Shown here: positions 1 through 15,770 of the stretch, piece after piece | How positions within the stretch are numbered: the first letter of the stretch is position 1 | Layout of the letters: each line of letters starts with the position of its first letter | DNA from: the human T2T-CHM13v2.0 reference genome, Homo sapiens | Strand: one strand, 5' to 3' | Length of the DNA stretch: 64,000 nucleotides | Assembly: GCF_009914755.1 (NCBI RefSeq) | Contig: NC_060936.1 | Notes under the pieces: generated by a model | What the model was told of the DNA's origin: nothing | The model's input: the letters and a program-made list of their open reading frames with translations, nothing else | Databases searched by the model: none | Program-made: the position numbers and the translations under genes

Positions 1-118
1 TAATATTAACTAAATCTATTTATCATCTTGCCAGTGGTACTACAGTGAGGTCACACTTTTGGTGCAGAACAAAAAGAAGCCAGGAATCTGTTAACAGCAT
101 CCCATTGTAACATTGCTG

Positions 119-438
<320 letters not shown>

Positions 439-2107
439 GAATAAACCGAGAAAGAAAAGCATCTGACTATTAACCTCATATACTTTTGGAAATGGATGTT
501 TGTGTCCACATCCCCTTTGATATACTGGGTTATGGCCTTGGCGGTGAAAATTCCTTACTGTATATAGTGGGTTAAAAAAGTAGGATGAATGCTAACAAAT
601 GTTTTAGGATGTATCACAACATCTGAATTCTCCCTTCTGATGCTTAGCATTTTATTTCACAAAAGGCAAGGTTACTAAAAGAAGAAAAAAAATCAACTGT
701 TTAGATGAAGAAGCAAAATTAATTAGTAAATATAAAAAGTGATTATTTGAGTTTTGCTATGACAATAAACAAGATATCTCATTCTCAGAAGAAAGTCAGC
801 TAAAGTACACCTTTATTTTACATATTCCTATGGATTACACATTTAAGAATACTAAGGAATAATCATTCTGATTTATTTTATTTCAGAATGACTGCGATGG
901 TGTTGGAAAACAGGGTTTTATGCTTCTTTTCTTATGTTTTTCTGACTTAACATCTTGTCTGACTTTCAAACAGTTCAAAGGAAAGAGAGTACCAATTAGA
1001 CAAGGGAAGAAGATGAGAGACTGCCTGAACAGCATCACTTTTGTAACTGAGAGTTCTTCCAAGGATAGAGTGTGTAAATGCTGACCTACATTAAATACAA
1101 GTGACATGGATTTCTGGGCATGTGGGACGCCTTGGTAATTTGAGTGACAAATCACATATGGTGCGTTTACTACTCTTTTGTGGCTTTAAAGTTAGGTGAT
1201 TTTGACTCTAAAGCATGAAAGTTCAAAGAGCTGTTAAGATTTCTCTGTGATGTATGCAAGGGTTTTCTTAGGAATAAAAAGTCTAAAAAATTCCCAAGAA
1301 GACACTTATGTGTAATAAAAGCATAAAGAAATGTACAGGAATAAAAGCACTAGATTTTGTGTAGAGGTTACCCCTTAGGAAGAGAGAAAAGGATGCAATC
1401 AAAGGTAGTCATATGTGGCCTTAGTAGTACCCATACTTTTTTATTTCTTCACTGAGTGTGGGTAAATAAATAATTTTTTACTTGACTTAATTTTAATAAT
1501 ATTTGAAAGAATTAAAGAAGTCCATGAGGTAATGTGAAAACTTGTAATGAAAAAGGCTGAATACAAAATTGTATATGCTGGGATGACAACTCTAAATGTT
1601 TGTGTGGAGATGGGGACAAGAAGAAATAGAAAGAGTTAACTTGCTAAGATGGCAGAATTATGAGAAATTTGGACAGAAATTGATGAGAAAAGTGATTTGA
1701 GGTTTTGGTGATGAAGAAAGGGAGAATATAACCTAAGGAAGATTAAAGATTTCACATAAAACTAGGAAATGTTTAGCATAAATCAGTTTCACCAATTTGA
1801 ACCTGGTCTTCCTCTCTGTCCTCTCCCTTGTACTCACCAAATCATTTTACAATCTTCCAATAAGGAAAAATACTTCCTTTGGTATGAATGTCTAGAATTA
1901 ATATTTATAGTTCTACAAAAAAATTCAGAGCTCTTAACCTAAAACAAGTGAAAGTACAATCATTGTTTTTAAATGTTACAAATACAATACCTGACATTAA
2001 ATTGTATTTCCTCTATATTGCATATTCTGAATTTAAAACTGTCTAACACCTTTAAGCTTAAAGCTTAAATTAGGCATGTAAAACAAGATAATGACAAAAG
2101 AAAAGAA

Positions 2108-2406
2108 GGCCGGATGTGGTGGCTCATGCCTATAATCCCAGCACTTTAGGAAGCAAAGACTGGAGAATGCTTGAGCCCAGGAGTTCAAGATCAGCCTGGG
2201 CAACATATGGAGACCCCATCTCTATAAAAAAATAAAAATATTAGCCAGGCATTGTGTCATGCACCTGTGGTCCCAGCTACTCAGGAGGCTGAGGCAGGAG
2301 GATCTCTTGAGCCTGGAAGGTAGGGGCTAGAGTGAGCTATGATTGTGTCACTGACCTCCAGCCTGGATGGAAGAGTGAGTCCCTGTCACAAACAGAAACA
2401 AAAAAA
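2108..2406 (+). mobile_element. AluJ
   Basis: Dimeric Alu with J diagnostics (cttgagcccaggagttc, gagctatgatt), CpG-depleted. Confidence 0.85.
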
Positions 2407-5400
2407 CTCATATTTATTTTCAGAAGGGACTTGATTATGTGGAGCCATATGGGGCAAAGTGCAAATATACCTTAGAACTACTTTAAAATACCTATTATTT
2501 CTTCTATAAGTATCCACAGCCAGAAAGAGCAAAACTTGCTGAGTATGATTGGCAAAAAGATTTTCTTTTGTTTTGATTCCACCGTTCCTTATTTTTCAGG
2601 CCTTGAATAAAGTCAAATACAGAACTCTTATGAAAAAATTCAGTGTAGAACCTATAATTTAGCTGCGATTGTTCTCTTGGTTTTATTTTATTTTGATCAA
2701 TTTCAGTCAGGTTCCCTTGATTTCTCTGAAACTGGAGAGTATTGTATTCTAAACGAATGACTTGTCTTTGCTAGTTGAAGTAAATAAGCAATTAGAGCAA
2801 AAGGCTATTTCATTGAACTTCAAAGAAAATTGTTTTTAAGATTCTGTTGTTGTTCTGTGGCCCCTAATAATGCAGACGGTCTTTATACAACAGAAATCTG
2901 TCAGAGAAGAAATTTTTATTGGTAGCTAACTTTACACACACACAAACACATGCACACACAACTTCAGAAGCAGAAGCACAAGGTACTTCCTCAGAGAACC
3001 ACAAATATCATCAAAGTCTTATTTTGACATAATGCTACTTTAACAAGAAATTCAGATTTATGGAATGAAAATTGCTGTAGTAACAAGTATTTTGAAATCC
3101 ACCCTAATACCCAGAAAGTGACAGCAAATCCCAGTGCTTCAGTAACTCTGAGCCAGTTAAACTGTAGGACAAAATTCTGTTGTGTTCTAGTATTACTGTC
3201 TTTCTGAACTAAGACTGTCTTGTGCTTTGGTTGATAGGAAGCAGTGAGGGTCCTGCCTTTCCCAGGTTTGAACTTTCTCAGGTGGTTGAGATCTTCCTTG
3301 CAGCTCCTAAATTTCATTATATTTTTCTCTACTCCACAATCCCCATCCAGTAATAAAAATCTATTCAAAAGTTGAAATTAGGAATTCTTCCATTTACATC
3401 TAAGCGTTAGATTATTTTTCTAAGGAAAAAATTAAGATTCTGTTTTTACAGAAATCTCATATTTTTTTTTTTTAGTAGACTTGGGTCTCAAGCCATTCTG
3501 TTAAAAGGGGAAAGGAGTAATATCATTATATTAAAATATCCAACCATATCATGAGATCAAAGGATAAAAACATCTTGAGGATCATTTGGTGAGTCCGTCT
3601 ACCTGCAGAAATCCTGCATGTCTGCATCACTGTGAACAGCTCAGTATGGCTCAGGGGTCACCTCGCTGTTGGAACTTCAGTGGTCTCACATAGTCCCTAA
3701 ATCCAAGCCACTGTCATTGTTCTTGGGGGTTGTAAAGGCCATTAAGTGCTCAGTAGTCTTATAAAAACATGCAGATTCTTCAAACAGAAATAATAGCTTT
3801 AGTTAGTGTACTTTAGAGCCATAAGTTTAAAACCCAGCAGGAGAATATAAATGATGGCCAGGCAAGAAAAACAAAACTCCCTGCCAACCTTCACTGCCTA
3901 CAAAACTTAATGATCTATGCCACATCTACTATTTGTAAAATTCTTTCAGAAAGTATCCATTCTTAACATTAAGAAATGTCTACCTTCCTTCCTCCAATAT
4001 TTTCAATCTCTCTGCCACACTATGTTTATATTCTCTCAGAATTCTAGTGGATCCCATTGTCTAAGACTTAAAAGCTGTTATTTTATACTGGATTAACTTT
4101 AATCATCTGTATTTCTTCCAAATTGTAGAGATTGCATTGGTCCAATTTTCTTTTCCTTCAATTTTTAAGAGAAGCAAATCAAACCAAGTCTTTAAAGGAA
4201 GCACAGCAAGTCTCAGATAATTTTATTGTTTGGGCCTAATTATTTTAAATGTTACCAAGGAATATCTTTAGGTTAAAAAAATTAAATTTTAGAACAGAAT
4301 TTGATATATATTTCTTATTATTTAAAATGGGAAAGGGCATTAGCATTTATTAAATCTCATCTGTGTGCCAAGTATTCATAGGTATCACCTCATGTAATTC
4401 TCACAGTTATTATTGCGGTATTATTATTTCAATTTTCATGTAAAGAAATAAAAGCTCAAAGAAGAAAATGACTCACTGAGTTCTGAACACACAATTCTCT
4501 GAGTCCAAACCTCTAGCACTTTCTAGAATACCATGAAGAGTGGAAGTAATATGTAACATTATAATTAATGTTTTATTATTTTACTCTCTTATTGTTAAAT
4601 TTCACACAGTAAAATCTACACATAAACATTCATTTTAATTTAAAATCAAATTATACTGACATAGTGCCAAAATAACTGCTCTATGAGATCAATAAATCCA
4701 ATCTATTCTGATATAGAAAGGCAAAACCCGTGTGCATTGCTTTGTAATAGTAACCAAACAGTCATTATGTTTCAGCCATTTCAGGAACTTATTTGTGATT
4801 GTTGTATATTGATTATAATTCTGGTCAGTTGTAGTTAACAAGCCTTTTTTTTCCTTATACTTTCTTTTTTCCAAAGAACCTATTTTGTTTTATAGCATGG
4901 TTGGACTTTTCTCTAGAAAATTACAAATGTATTCAATATAACCAGTATTTATCCCAACTTTCTGAAGAAGAAACTTCTCCTACTTAACTCCAACCTTATG
5001 ACTCTTCTCTGATATTTTTCCAGCCATAGGTGTTAGCATCTGCTGTTGTAAAATCTTTGGTGTTGATTGGTGTGGACTGAGATGAGGACCAGAGCCAAGA
5101 TCACTTTTTACAAGAAATATTATACAATTCTGCCCCTTGTCCAACTCTATAAATTACTAGAAGTTTCTGGAAGTGTGTACATCTTCAAGCTCATCTTAAT
5201 CATTTCCACATTTGTATTCTTGAGATTATACCTGAGATTCTCATCCACACAATCCTTAATTAAAGCAGCTGACTCGCTTCTCACAATATAGGAAAATGGG
5301 GGTGCCAACTGCTTTCTCTGCCAACTTCTGAGTACTGTTGAAGCTGAACTAGCTCCTCAACGCTTCTTCTCCAGGAAATGTACTGCAACTCTCATGCTAT

Positions 5401-6825
5401 TTAGCACCTTCCCTCCTCATTTCAAAAATTGTGCTGATCAGAGACATTCAGAAAAAGTGCAAAAGAACAAAACAGCTCCAAATAGCTTTCCACAGTTCTG
5501 CACTGTATTCTACCCTCTGTTGATTTCCCTACAAAACAGATAGGCAAAAAAGCAGCTCACAAAAAAGATAGAGTACATAGAAAAGAGAAAACCGAGGCAT
5601 AAGACAGCACTGTGTGCTTCAAGAAAGTCCTGGAGCAAAGCTTGGAGCACAGGGTTCAGGTGAGAACTGAAGTTATATTAGCATAAACATATGGTCGCTT
5701 ACTGCCCCCTCTGCAATGTCCAGAATGCATTCCTAATTTTCATTCCATTTGTCTCCAATGCGTGATAGGACTTCAAAGAGTCATGATTAAAGAAATTGTT
5801 CAGTGCAATTAGTCACCACTTACAAGTCAGTGAGCTCGCATTCTGGGGTGAGTGCTAAGCTTTTTCAATAGGAGATAGCACACTCCATTCACTTCTTTGT
5901 TGTTCTTTCTTAAGATCCTTCTTCTGGTGATTTTTTTTTTTTTTTTATGTCCAGAGTTCTACTATTTTCTTTCTTTCTGCCTAATAATACTTAATTTAAA
6001 ATAAATACATCTTTTCAGAAATAATAATTTCATCCTTAGTGAAAACATTTACCCATATCTGCCCACTATATTTTGTGTTTTATATTCTTTCATTTAAAAG
6101 TATTAAGATGAACTTCAATTATAAAATCTTACATTGCTTGAAAGACATTTGCCTAAATATGTTATGTGTCTACTGTAGTTTTTCAAAAAATTTTGATTTA
6201 AGAAGCCACAAGTATATTAAAATAATTCTATTTCTTCCAGGAAATGGCTGGATTTAGTGATCCTGTAAGGTTAAAAACATTATAATATTTGTATAGTGAC
6301 CAGGCTCTTGATTTAGATGGTTACATATAAGCAAAATACTGAATGAAGACAAAAAACACAGCTATCCCTTTTATTAAGTTTCATAGCTTTTAATCCCCTA
6401 AGGAAATCCTTTAGCTATTTCACTATTTTACTAAATCATATTAAAATGCAAATTTCCACTAATATTACAATTCTAGTCAAAACCACCAAAAGAAAACATG
6501 GGCTCTTAAGCTTTTTTTTTTTTAAGTATGAGCACAGACAGCAGAAAATAAAGCTTTCCTGTAAGTGAATATGGCATCTACATTTGAATTATGTACACAG
6601 TAAAGGACTAAAAATTGTGTGGTCCTAAGTAAGTTTAAATTCTATTGTCTTTGATTGATTTGAAATAGAATTATCAGAGATTGGATTAATAAAAAGAGCT
6701 TGACAGTTCAAAGAAGTAAGCTTGTGATTGGGCTATGATTTTTTCCAAGGATTTTTTGGGCAGTCATATTATTTTCTGTACCTTAAATTTACCATCTATG
6801 AATAAAGATAATATTGACTGCATGA

Positions 6826-7077
<252 letters not shown>

Positions 7078-10000
7078 TGATCATTATAATGTAAATGTGC
7101 ATGTAACTAGTTATTGAATAATAAAAGTTGAACTCAAGGTAGCTTTTTCAGTCACTTCAAATACTTGGCCAATTTTGAAGGAAAAAAGAAAGCAGCACCC
7201 AAAAGTCTATTGTTGTTGATGCACTATAGAATTGAGAGTGTGTTCAAGCAAAATCTAGCATGTTGCCAATGGAAAGATAGTAAAAATCTTGCTACTAATA
7301 CCTGCACTGCTCTGCTGAAACATTTACCTCAGGTAGTGTTAGCTGGAATGGCTAATTATTGAAAATACAAAGTACTGCATATTGTTTATTTCCATTAGTA
7401 CAAATTTAGTATTATTCTAATGCTGCTTGCATTATTTGAATAAGATAAACAATTCTCAGTCACTGTGACTTCAAAGAACTATTCTTTATTCTCCCCAAAG
7501 TTTGATTTACTCATTCTATTGTTTATTCATGAATAGCTGTGTACTACCAAATGTCTTGCCTTTCAGTTTTTCAACAGCAATCTTTACTTTAGAACCTTAC
7601 TCTCACCTTCTGATATATCATTAAGTTTGAACATGTTGAATGCTTTGACGGTTGTATTATACATGTAAAATTGCTTGTATTTCATCTTTTATCTAGACAG
7701 CTTTTATAGTTTGGGTTTTTTTCAACCAAGTTTTCAACATTTTTAAGTTATGAAGTTTAACAGGAATTGCTGACAAATGATAATAACTGGCATTTTTAAA
7801 CTCTTCTTAGTATCCACTACACTAAGTACTTTACATATTATAAATCTATATATTATCACAAATCATTTACAGGGTTTTTATGCTTATCTCTTCTCTCCAC
7901 CTGGCTCTCATTTTATACATAGGAAAACTGAAGTTCAGAAAGTTTAACTAACTTGATCAAATTTATTTGGCAATTTAAGTGGCAAAGCTAGGAGTCCAAA
8001 TCCATGAAACTTCTTATACTTGATACTGCCCTGTTGTTGTTATGATTAATAGCAATTATGTTTTTTGACAAATGATTTTCACTGATTTGGAGTAAATAAT
8101 TTAAAATTATTTCATTTAAATTAAGCCTGATAGTACTATACTAACTGATACGTTTACAAAACTAAACTCTTCTTAGCTGTAATATCATTAGCATTTGCTC
8201 AATTTTCAGCAGAGACACAAAAGAATGCCAGAATATATGGAAAGAGTATGAAAGCTGAACCCCAAGGACCTAAATCTGATCCCAACTCTAATAGGAATCA
8301 CTTTACAGAAGCTACATTTTAGATCCCCAATGTTATCATCTTTAAAATGAAGATAATGTTAGCTACTTTAGCTATTCTACAATATGGTGTTTAGGATCAA
8401 ACCAGTTGAGGTCATGTGAAAGGGTCTCAGAAAGTGAAAAAAACTATAAATGAAAGAATTAGACAATACTGCAAGTGCTGCATGCAAGAAGAGTAAAACT
8501 ATTAGCATTACTAATACAATGTTAAGAGAATCTTTTCAAGAGGATCTGCTATGCAAAAATTATTTAGAAAAACTAATTGACAGAAAACAATTGAGTCTTT
8601 CTGTCATTTCCATAGTCTATCCAGAATAAAGAGTAATGAACACGTGCATACGTTTTCTAAATAATCTGGAAAAGTTGATATTTTTTAAGTGTACCACTTA
8701 GATTTAATAAGGAGTCCAGTGGAGCCATGCTTACACTATAGGTAAACAATATTTGAAGAAAGCTTTCTCTGCCTCTGATTATATTTTTATTTATTCAATA
8801 AACATTTTCTAAAGACTTAGCATGTACTTAACTGACATTTCATGGAAGGCAAAGGAAAGGAAGAAAGCAGTATCCCTCTTCAGGTAGCCTCCCCCATGTT
8901 AGAAAGACAAGTCACAAAGCTACTAGAAAACAAAGATTGATATATGATAATACAAAACAAAAGGAGTGAATACATGCAGATGTGAAACAAAATAAAGGGC
9001 TTATATATGGTATTACTCAGGTAGACATTTGGAAGAAATCTTTTGGGAGCAATGTCTTATTTTGGCAAAGAAAAAAAAATAAAGGGGATTCTACATCCTT
9101 AAGGGAGATCTGTGAAAACCTACAATAGCAAGAGTCATGCAGGGCCTTGTGGTCATGTGCTTACAGTTGCAGTGCTTAGAATACAAACTCTAAACAGAAG
9201 AGGCATATGATGGTAAAAGAAAAAAATCATGAAGAAAAAGTAACTGTGTAAAAGACTGACAGGTATAGGGAAGTCCCTTCAGACGCAAGAACAGACAATA
9301 AATCAAGGATCATGGGAGTTGTAGAATAAAGTTGACAGTTTAAAAGCCAGGAAACAAAAAGAAAAACTGCTGCTACACTTTGAAAATTGGACAGATAAAA
9401 TTGCCATGGAGAGAAACTGATTGACAAAAACAGAGCAAACTACAGATTGGGAGGAAAATTAATAAGCTTGGTCTGTAGCAGCACAAATCCATTGGATAAT
9501 CAAAGAAAAATGTCCCGTGGATACTTAGGCAAGTGAGGGGCTTTGTTTTCACTGTTGCCTACCTGTCACTTTGTATAGTAATGAAATTAATGAGCCTGAA
9601 TCTTCCCTTTCATGACTGTAAAGACTCAAACGCCCTGTTCTTCTCCACCCAAGCATAGCAGCCATGCAATTCTGCTGTCAATGCAATCAAATCTTTCCAA
9701 GTTACAGAGAATTCTAAAAACGTCCTCACTTGTTTCTAGAATCTTAAAAGAAAGGTAGTGGAGGAAAAAAAATCCTTCCAAAAAACAAGTAATAAGGCAT
9801 TTTTGTTTACTTATTGCTTATAGCTGTTGGCCTTAAATTATAAAATATCAGGGAATATATCTGCCCCTTTAGCTGATAATCTTTTATCATAATTGAATTT
9901 AATCTCAATAACATTAAATTGCTTAGAAAAGAAACAAAGTAGATATTAAGATATTGAATTATTCAGAAGCTATCAACAGGGGCCATGTTCAATTCTTGGA

Positions 10001-11751
10001 ATGAATTTCTTTTTCTCAGGCATCTTTGCCAAAGTTGGAAAACAGGTTAACAAAATTGTTAACCAAATTGAAAGTGTCAAAATAAAGCCAAATACAAATT
10101 GGGTCAGAATCCAAGAGCTGCCTATTGTGAAGTCTTCTAACGTAAAAGTTGAAAAGAAAGTTAGCTTCCTTGACAAAAGAAAAAAAAGACTAAGAGGTTA
10201 TGTGTTTTTAGTTTTGAACTTAGAAATCAGAACTCAAGAAAGACATACTGAAAATTTCATAGGATGAATGGATTTCCCTTTAACCACAATATTGTGTTGT
10301 CCACAGCATGAATGAAAACTGTTACAAACTTCCAAAGGCTTCAGATGATTAGCCTGTGAATTGCCTTCACCTCTGCCAACTTACCTGGCATCCTTTACGT
10401 TTACCAGCGCACTTCTCCCTGGAGCCTGCAGACAGCAAGCTCCTGGGCTGACTGTGGAGGCTTATCTAAATCCTCTGAAAGTTGTGCTGGGGTTTATCTC
10501 TGCCTGAAGACCCATCATTTTGCATGTCAAATGTCAGACATTCCAATACTGTGAAGATATAGATGGCTTTGCCTTATCATTTAAAGCAGACTAATATTAT
10601 TATAGGCATTTTATAAAATTAATTATTTGACCAATACATGTGCAGATAAAACGTCCTTCATTCAACTAACTTCCATCATCAAGACTAATCATTGCCTGCA
10701 GTGAGAAACATCAGTAACCTTAATAAGTTATTCAGTAGGGACTGTGAATTTGTTCAACAGCACAGGAAGTACAGAAATCAGATCAAAGGGTAGAGGATCT
10801 GGTAAAAATTTATCGAAGCATAGATTGTGACTTTGTGTATATCAAAACAATATGATATACTTTACTAAAGTTTTGATGTATTGACAGTTGAGTTTATGGG
10901 CAAAGAGAGGCAGATTTACGATTCTATTAAATGTTAAGGATTTTTAAAAAATCATCGAAAAAATTGTATTCATTTGACATGTAAAATAAGTTTGCCGTGA
11001 CTATATAGCAGAATCAAAATCCATTAACCATGGATTAATCATTAACCCTTTAATTTGGAATTAAGATGATATGTGGTATTTTTCACAGTATTTCATATAT
11101 GTTAGTCAAATCTGCCCAAGCAGACTGTAAACTAATAAATTATTTCAAACTTGTTCAAATGGATGAGTGAATGAATGAGTGAATGAATGAATGAATGAGT
11201 CTCTCTTCTAGATTACTGTTAACCACAATTTATCTGCCCTAAAAAGTCACAGGTAACTGACCCAAGTCAATGGCTTGGAGCATTTTTACAGTATTTTTGC
11301 ACAGACATATATTCCAGTTTCCTCTTTGTCAGGAACACAAATTGAAAAGAGAAATAGAGCTATGTGGGAGGAGAATGTGACATGTATTCTTAAGGAGACA
11401 ATTCTGAAGGCTATTTGGAGAAGGCTACATGAATTTACTACAAGGAAACATCTTTTCATCTACTATGATAGAAAAATCTAATGCAGATTTTGATAAGTCT
11501 GTATCATATTGAAAGCTCTGTTTAACAGAGTAATCACTGGCTGACAAATTAGATTAAAAGGAGTCTGAAAACCAAAGGAAAGAAAGGAAGGAAAGAGAAA
11601 GGATGAAAGAGAGGCAGGTAGGAAAAGAAACGGTGTCTTCCAAATACTATTTTCACCGTGGAGCAAGAAGGGCTTTGGAGCATACCTCAGAACGTAGCTC
11701 CTCCATGAAGTCGTTTTTGAATTCCAGGCCCCTTTTATCTTGCCCTTCTCT

Positions 11752-11948
11752 TTTTTTTTTTTTTATTGAATATCAATAAATTTATTGAATGCCAGATTCT
11801 GGGCTCAATGTTTTCATACATTTGTTCGCTTAATCCTTACAGCAATCCTGTGAGGCAGGTAGTGTTCTCTTAATTTACAGGTAGAAAACTGTGAAACAGA
11901 GAATTTTTTTATTGTAAATAAAGTCCCTCTCCATGAGCTTTATATATA
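11752..11948 (-). mobile_element. Short TSD-flanked, polyadenylated retroposed fragment containing MIR sequence
   Basis: 16-bp TSD TATCTTGCCCTTCTCT at 11736-11751 and 11949-11964; poly(T) to 11764; minus-strand AATAAA at 11781-11786. Confidence 0.8.
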
Positions 11949-14714
11949 TATCTTGCCCTTCTCTAACCAGCTACCTATAAATCCTTTCTGCTCCACTGAA
12001 TTTTGTGCTTAACTGTATTGCCTCCTATCTCTAGTTTTATTTTCTGGGAGTTAGTCTTTCTAAGCTCCTAGGGAAAGGGAACCATCCTTTCTGTGTTCTC
12101 TGTTCTCTCACTCCACCTCTGCATAAGTTCTCTCACTCCACCCCTGTATAGTTTAAACACACAGCAGATTGTCAGTAGGAAAGAAATGAACGGTTAAATG
12201 ATCTGATGCAGGAATACGTTTTTCCTTTGGCCTTGGTGTGTCTTGCCTTGATGCTCTGAGAAACAGGTTTTTAATTTGGAGTCCAGTTGTCTTCCAGACC
12301 TGGAGAACAATAATCTGCACTCGGGTACCACATATTACCAACTGTATGAAAAAGTACACACACACACACACACAATGCACACACGGATATATGCAGTTTC
12401 CCATGAAGAGTCCACAACTTTTATCATATTTTAAACTGGACATATGATTCAAAAAAGGTTTAGAACTATCATTCTAAAGGAAAAAAGATACTTCAGTACC
12501 CTGGGGCCAAGAATTGGTAGTCTTTGAAGCCATTTTAGGCTATAATGAGAAATTCTTCATTTGGACCTCTGATTGATTTAATCTTAAATTATGTTCTATG
12601 AGACTTTACATACTTTTTCAAATATGCATTTAATGTTCTGTCTCCAGAGGTGGCTAATGAGTGTATTAATGCACATATTTCCAGAACTTTTTTCCATTTG
12701 TATTGTATAATTTAGAAAAAGCTTGTTTTTATTTTTGCTGATTTTTGAAAAATGATTATCCTTGTGTGTTTTTGAAAATTATTCATAAACAGCCCCAAAA
12801 GCAAGACTTTGAAAAAGATTTTTTGTGCTAGTTAACAGCAGAATAATTATTTCCATATTATATTCTGCACCTTGCATCTACTTATAATGATCTAGAAAGA
12901 TGATGGATTATTTTGAGTAAAACTAGAAATTGGCAAAAAGCATCAGTAAATATAAGAATGAAGAAACATGTAGATTATTCATAAAATGAATAATGCACAC
13001 ATTAGTGCAGTGGTGAAGCATTCATAAGACAAAATAGAGATATGTTGAAGGTAGAAAATGCTTGAAGTTACTGCTGAATTTTTGTGGTGACCATAGCAAT
13101 GGTATTACCTGTATTGTCTTGAGGCTCTTGGCTGAAATATCTGGGACTGTTACAAATGTACAAGCTTATATTTTTCCAGGGATGAAAATATAGCTCATCC
13201 TGTGAAAAAGATATGGATTTAAGGTTGTTTCTTAATATGATAAATGCCAATGGAACTAATAATACAAATCTGCCCTTAAAAGTGAAACCAAGGCAGAAAT
13301 ACAAAAGACAATGAATTATGCCGTAGATTAAACCAAGATCCCAGTGAGTAAATCTACCAAAGTTTTCCAGCCTAGGGGACAGAAATAGCTGACTATGAAT
13401 GGGAATGAGGATGAAGAGAATCAGTGCTAAGGAAAAGCCCCTTGAGATAGTGGCGTACTTCAAAGACTGTCCGCTCTACTTCTACTTGAGCTTAAGAACA
13501 TGGCTATGTGGGTTTCCTTCAAGTCATCTAATATTTATTGAGCACTGACTCAGGCATTTTAGGGACTGCAAAAAAGATCCATTGGGAAATAAATGCGTAG
13601 AACCGCATAGAGCCTGCCTCCCCTTAGCCATAGGGCACATTGTATAAATTAGAAAAGGGGCTCCTCCCCAATTGTTCATTCAGTAGGTGTGAGATTCAAT
13701 GAATGTCTGATGAACAGGCCTCAGATTTGGAAGCATGAACTTGACATGCACAGCTGCTAGTCTATAATACCAAAGATTTTCCTTTTTAAAATGTATACTC
13801 TGCAACACCCTTGCTCTTGGTGAAGATTTCATCTTTGTTTTCACAATGCTCAATTAAAGAGAAAGATATTTGGAGCATTTACTTTTAAAATATATATATG
13901 TCAGGACTCCTTAAGTAAATAATTTTTTAAAAAATTTATTTAGTGCCAAAACTCCCTGGAAGAAGAAATAATGACGTTTTTCCATCCGAGAGTTATATTT
14001 TTATTGTAGAAAGAATATTTGTTAGTTGGCTTCACAATAGTTGTATCCCTGAAGCACTAAATTTGTATACAGGAGCCTATTAGGCCATGTAGATTTCATT
14101 TGAAAAATGTACCGTATTATGTTCTAAGAGCTGAGTTTAGCAAATATGAGAAATTGAGTTCTTTTAGTAAAATAAATAAGACTGAGATTTTAACACCTGG
14201 GAAATAAATAATAAGCTTCATGATTGCACAAACCATCCTTAGCACTGTATCCCAATCCTGAGAAAAATGCCTTGCACATAGTAGATGCTCAATAAATATT
14301 TTTCTTTGCACAATTTTTAACTGCTCAATTTATGCCTACTTGTCATGAAAAAACAGGCTTTCTTGATAAAGGAAGATCTTTTTTTCAACAAAAGACTTGC
14401 TAATACTAATTTATTTCTAAATGATTCCAAGTATTTCTATTGTGTTTGTATTAATATCAGTGCTTTGTGTCATGAATAATCTACAGAGAGCCAAGATTTA
14501 AGTCGGTGAGAAAAACATTTCTTGTATGGGAAGAGAGTTTATTAAGATACATTTTATACATTTGCACACATTTATCTCTTTTTTTCTTAATGCATCTTTT
14601 TATACCCATCTAACATAAACCACTCAATGTATTGTATCACATAGTCAATATTTCTACCAATGGGGAGCAGATTTTAACAGATGTATCCGATATTTTTATT
14701 GAAAAATCCATCAA

Positions 14715-15660
14715 TGCTAAGTGAGGCATATGGTAAGCCTTGAAAAGGAAGTATTATTTAAATGACTGGAGAGGAAGAAGAATAGCATTTGAAAAAAGAA
14801 AGAATGCACTTTAGAAAACACAGGAGTAGAATTGAGCAGGGAACAACTTACCCAGTCTGATGAGAATAGAGGTGAGTGTGGGGGAACAGTGAGAAATAAA
14901 CACAAATAAGTAGGATGGGCTAAATGACAGAGGACTTTGAACACTGTGCACAAAATAATTGATAATTATATATTGGAAAGTTTTATCTGATTACAATGAA
15001 CGGGTAAAATGGACAGAGGAGATAATTGATGGGAAAAGAGATCAGATGGGAGATAATATCAGGTCTACACCTTATAAATAGACATAAAAGAAGAGTAAAA
15101 CACATTGAAGGAGAAATGGCAAAGCTTACCAACCAGTTGGATTTGGGAGTATGTATTTCCCCATTTTTCCAATGGGGTAGGAAACGACAGAAGCACCGAC
15201 AGAGCCATGGAGCTGTTTTGGAGAACTGGTTTGGGAAGGAGATAAAGGATGCACAAAGCATTCTATAGACTTTGGGAATACACTCCTGGAGTATAGAATA
15301 GGGAGTAGAATAGAGTAACTGAACGAGTAGTGAGGCATGGGAAAGCATGTGCTCAACAATGAGTGAATGGGAAGATAACCAAGGGGCTGAGAACCACCTT
15401 AAGTAGCAACCACATTCAAGCCTTGAGAATAGAAAGGGAAGGAGAGGGGAAAAATGTAGAGATGTAGCAGAACATGCTGGTAGGGAACAGTAACATGAAA
15501 ATAAAAGCAGAAGAAAATTTTAAGAAGGATTATGTGATCAAGATTTTCTAATACCACAGACAGTGTTGTTTGGGTTTGACCAAAAAAAGCTATTCATTAT
15601 CTTTTGGAGAATCCTGAGTACAATGTTAGAGTCTTGAGACTGGTTGCAGAATGAATAGAT
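14715..15660 (-). mobile_element. Degenerate L2 fragment
   Basis: Purine-rich antisense L2-like text (e.g. ccagttggatttgggagt, tggtttgggaagg, gggctgagaaccacc); boundaries approximate. Confidence 0.45.
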
Positions 15661-15770
15661 AGAAAGGGTAGATAAGAAGAAAAGACAGTTTTTTACCCCC
15701 AAGATAGCGGATTGGAGCCTTTGTTAGTGTGCCTCAGCCACTTGGAGAGAGCAAAATAGTGTGTGTTACC

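Noticed and set aside
12102-12151. 25-bp imperfect tandem duplication
   Set aside because: Ordinary slippage event; only two units, no spacer structure
15191-15206. RE1/NRSE-like string AAGCACCGACAGAGCC
   Set aside because: The half-sites lack the spacer and first G of AGCACCnnGGACAG, and it lies in L2-like sequence. I saw no canonical RE1 by eye, but a PWM scan is needed.
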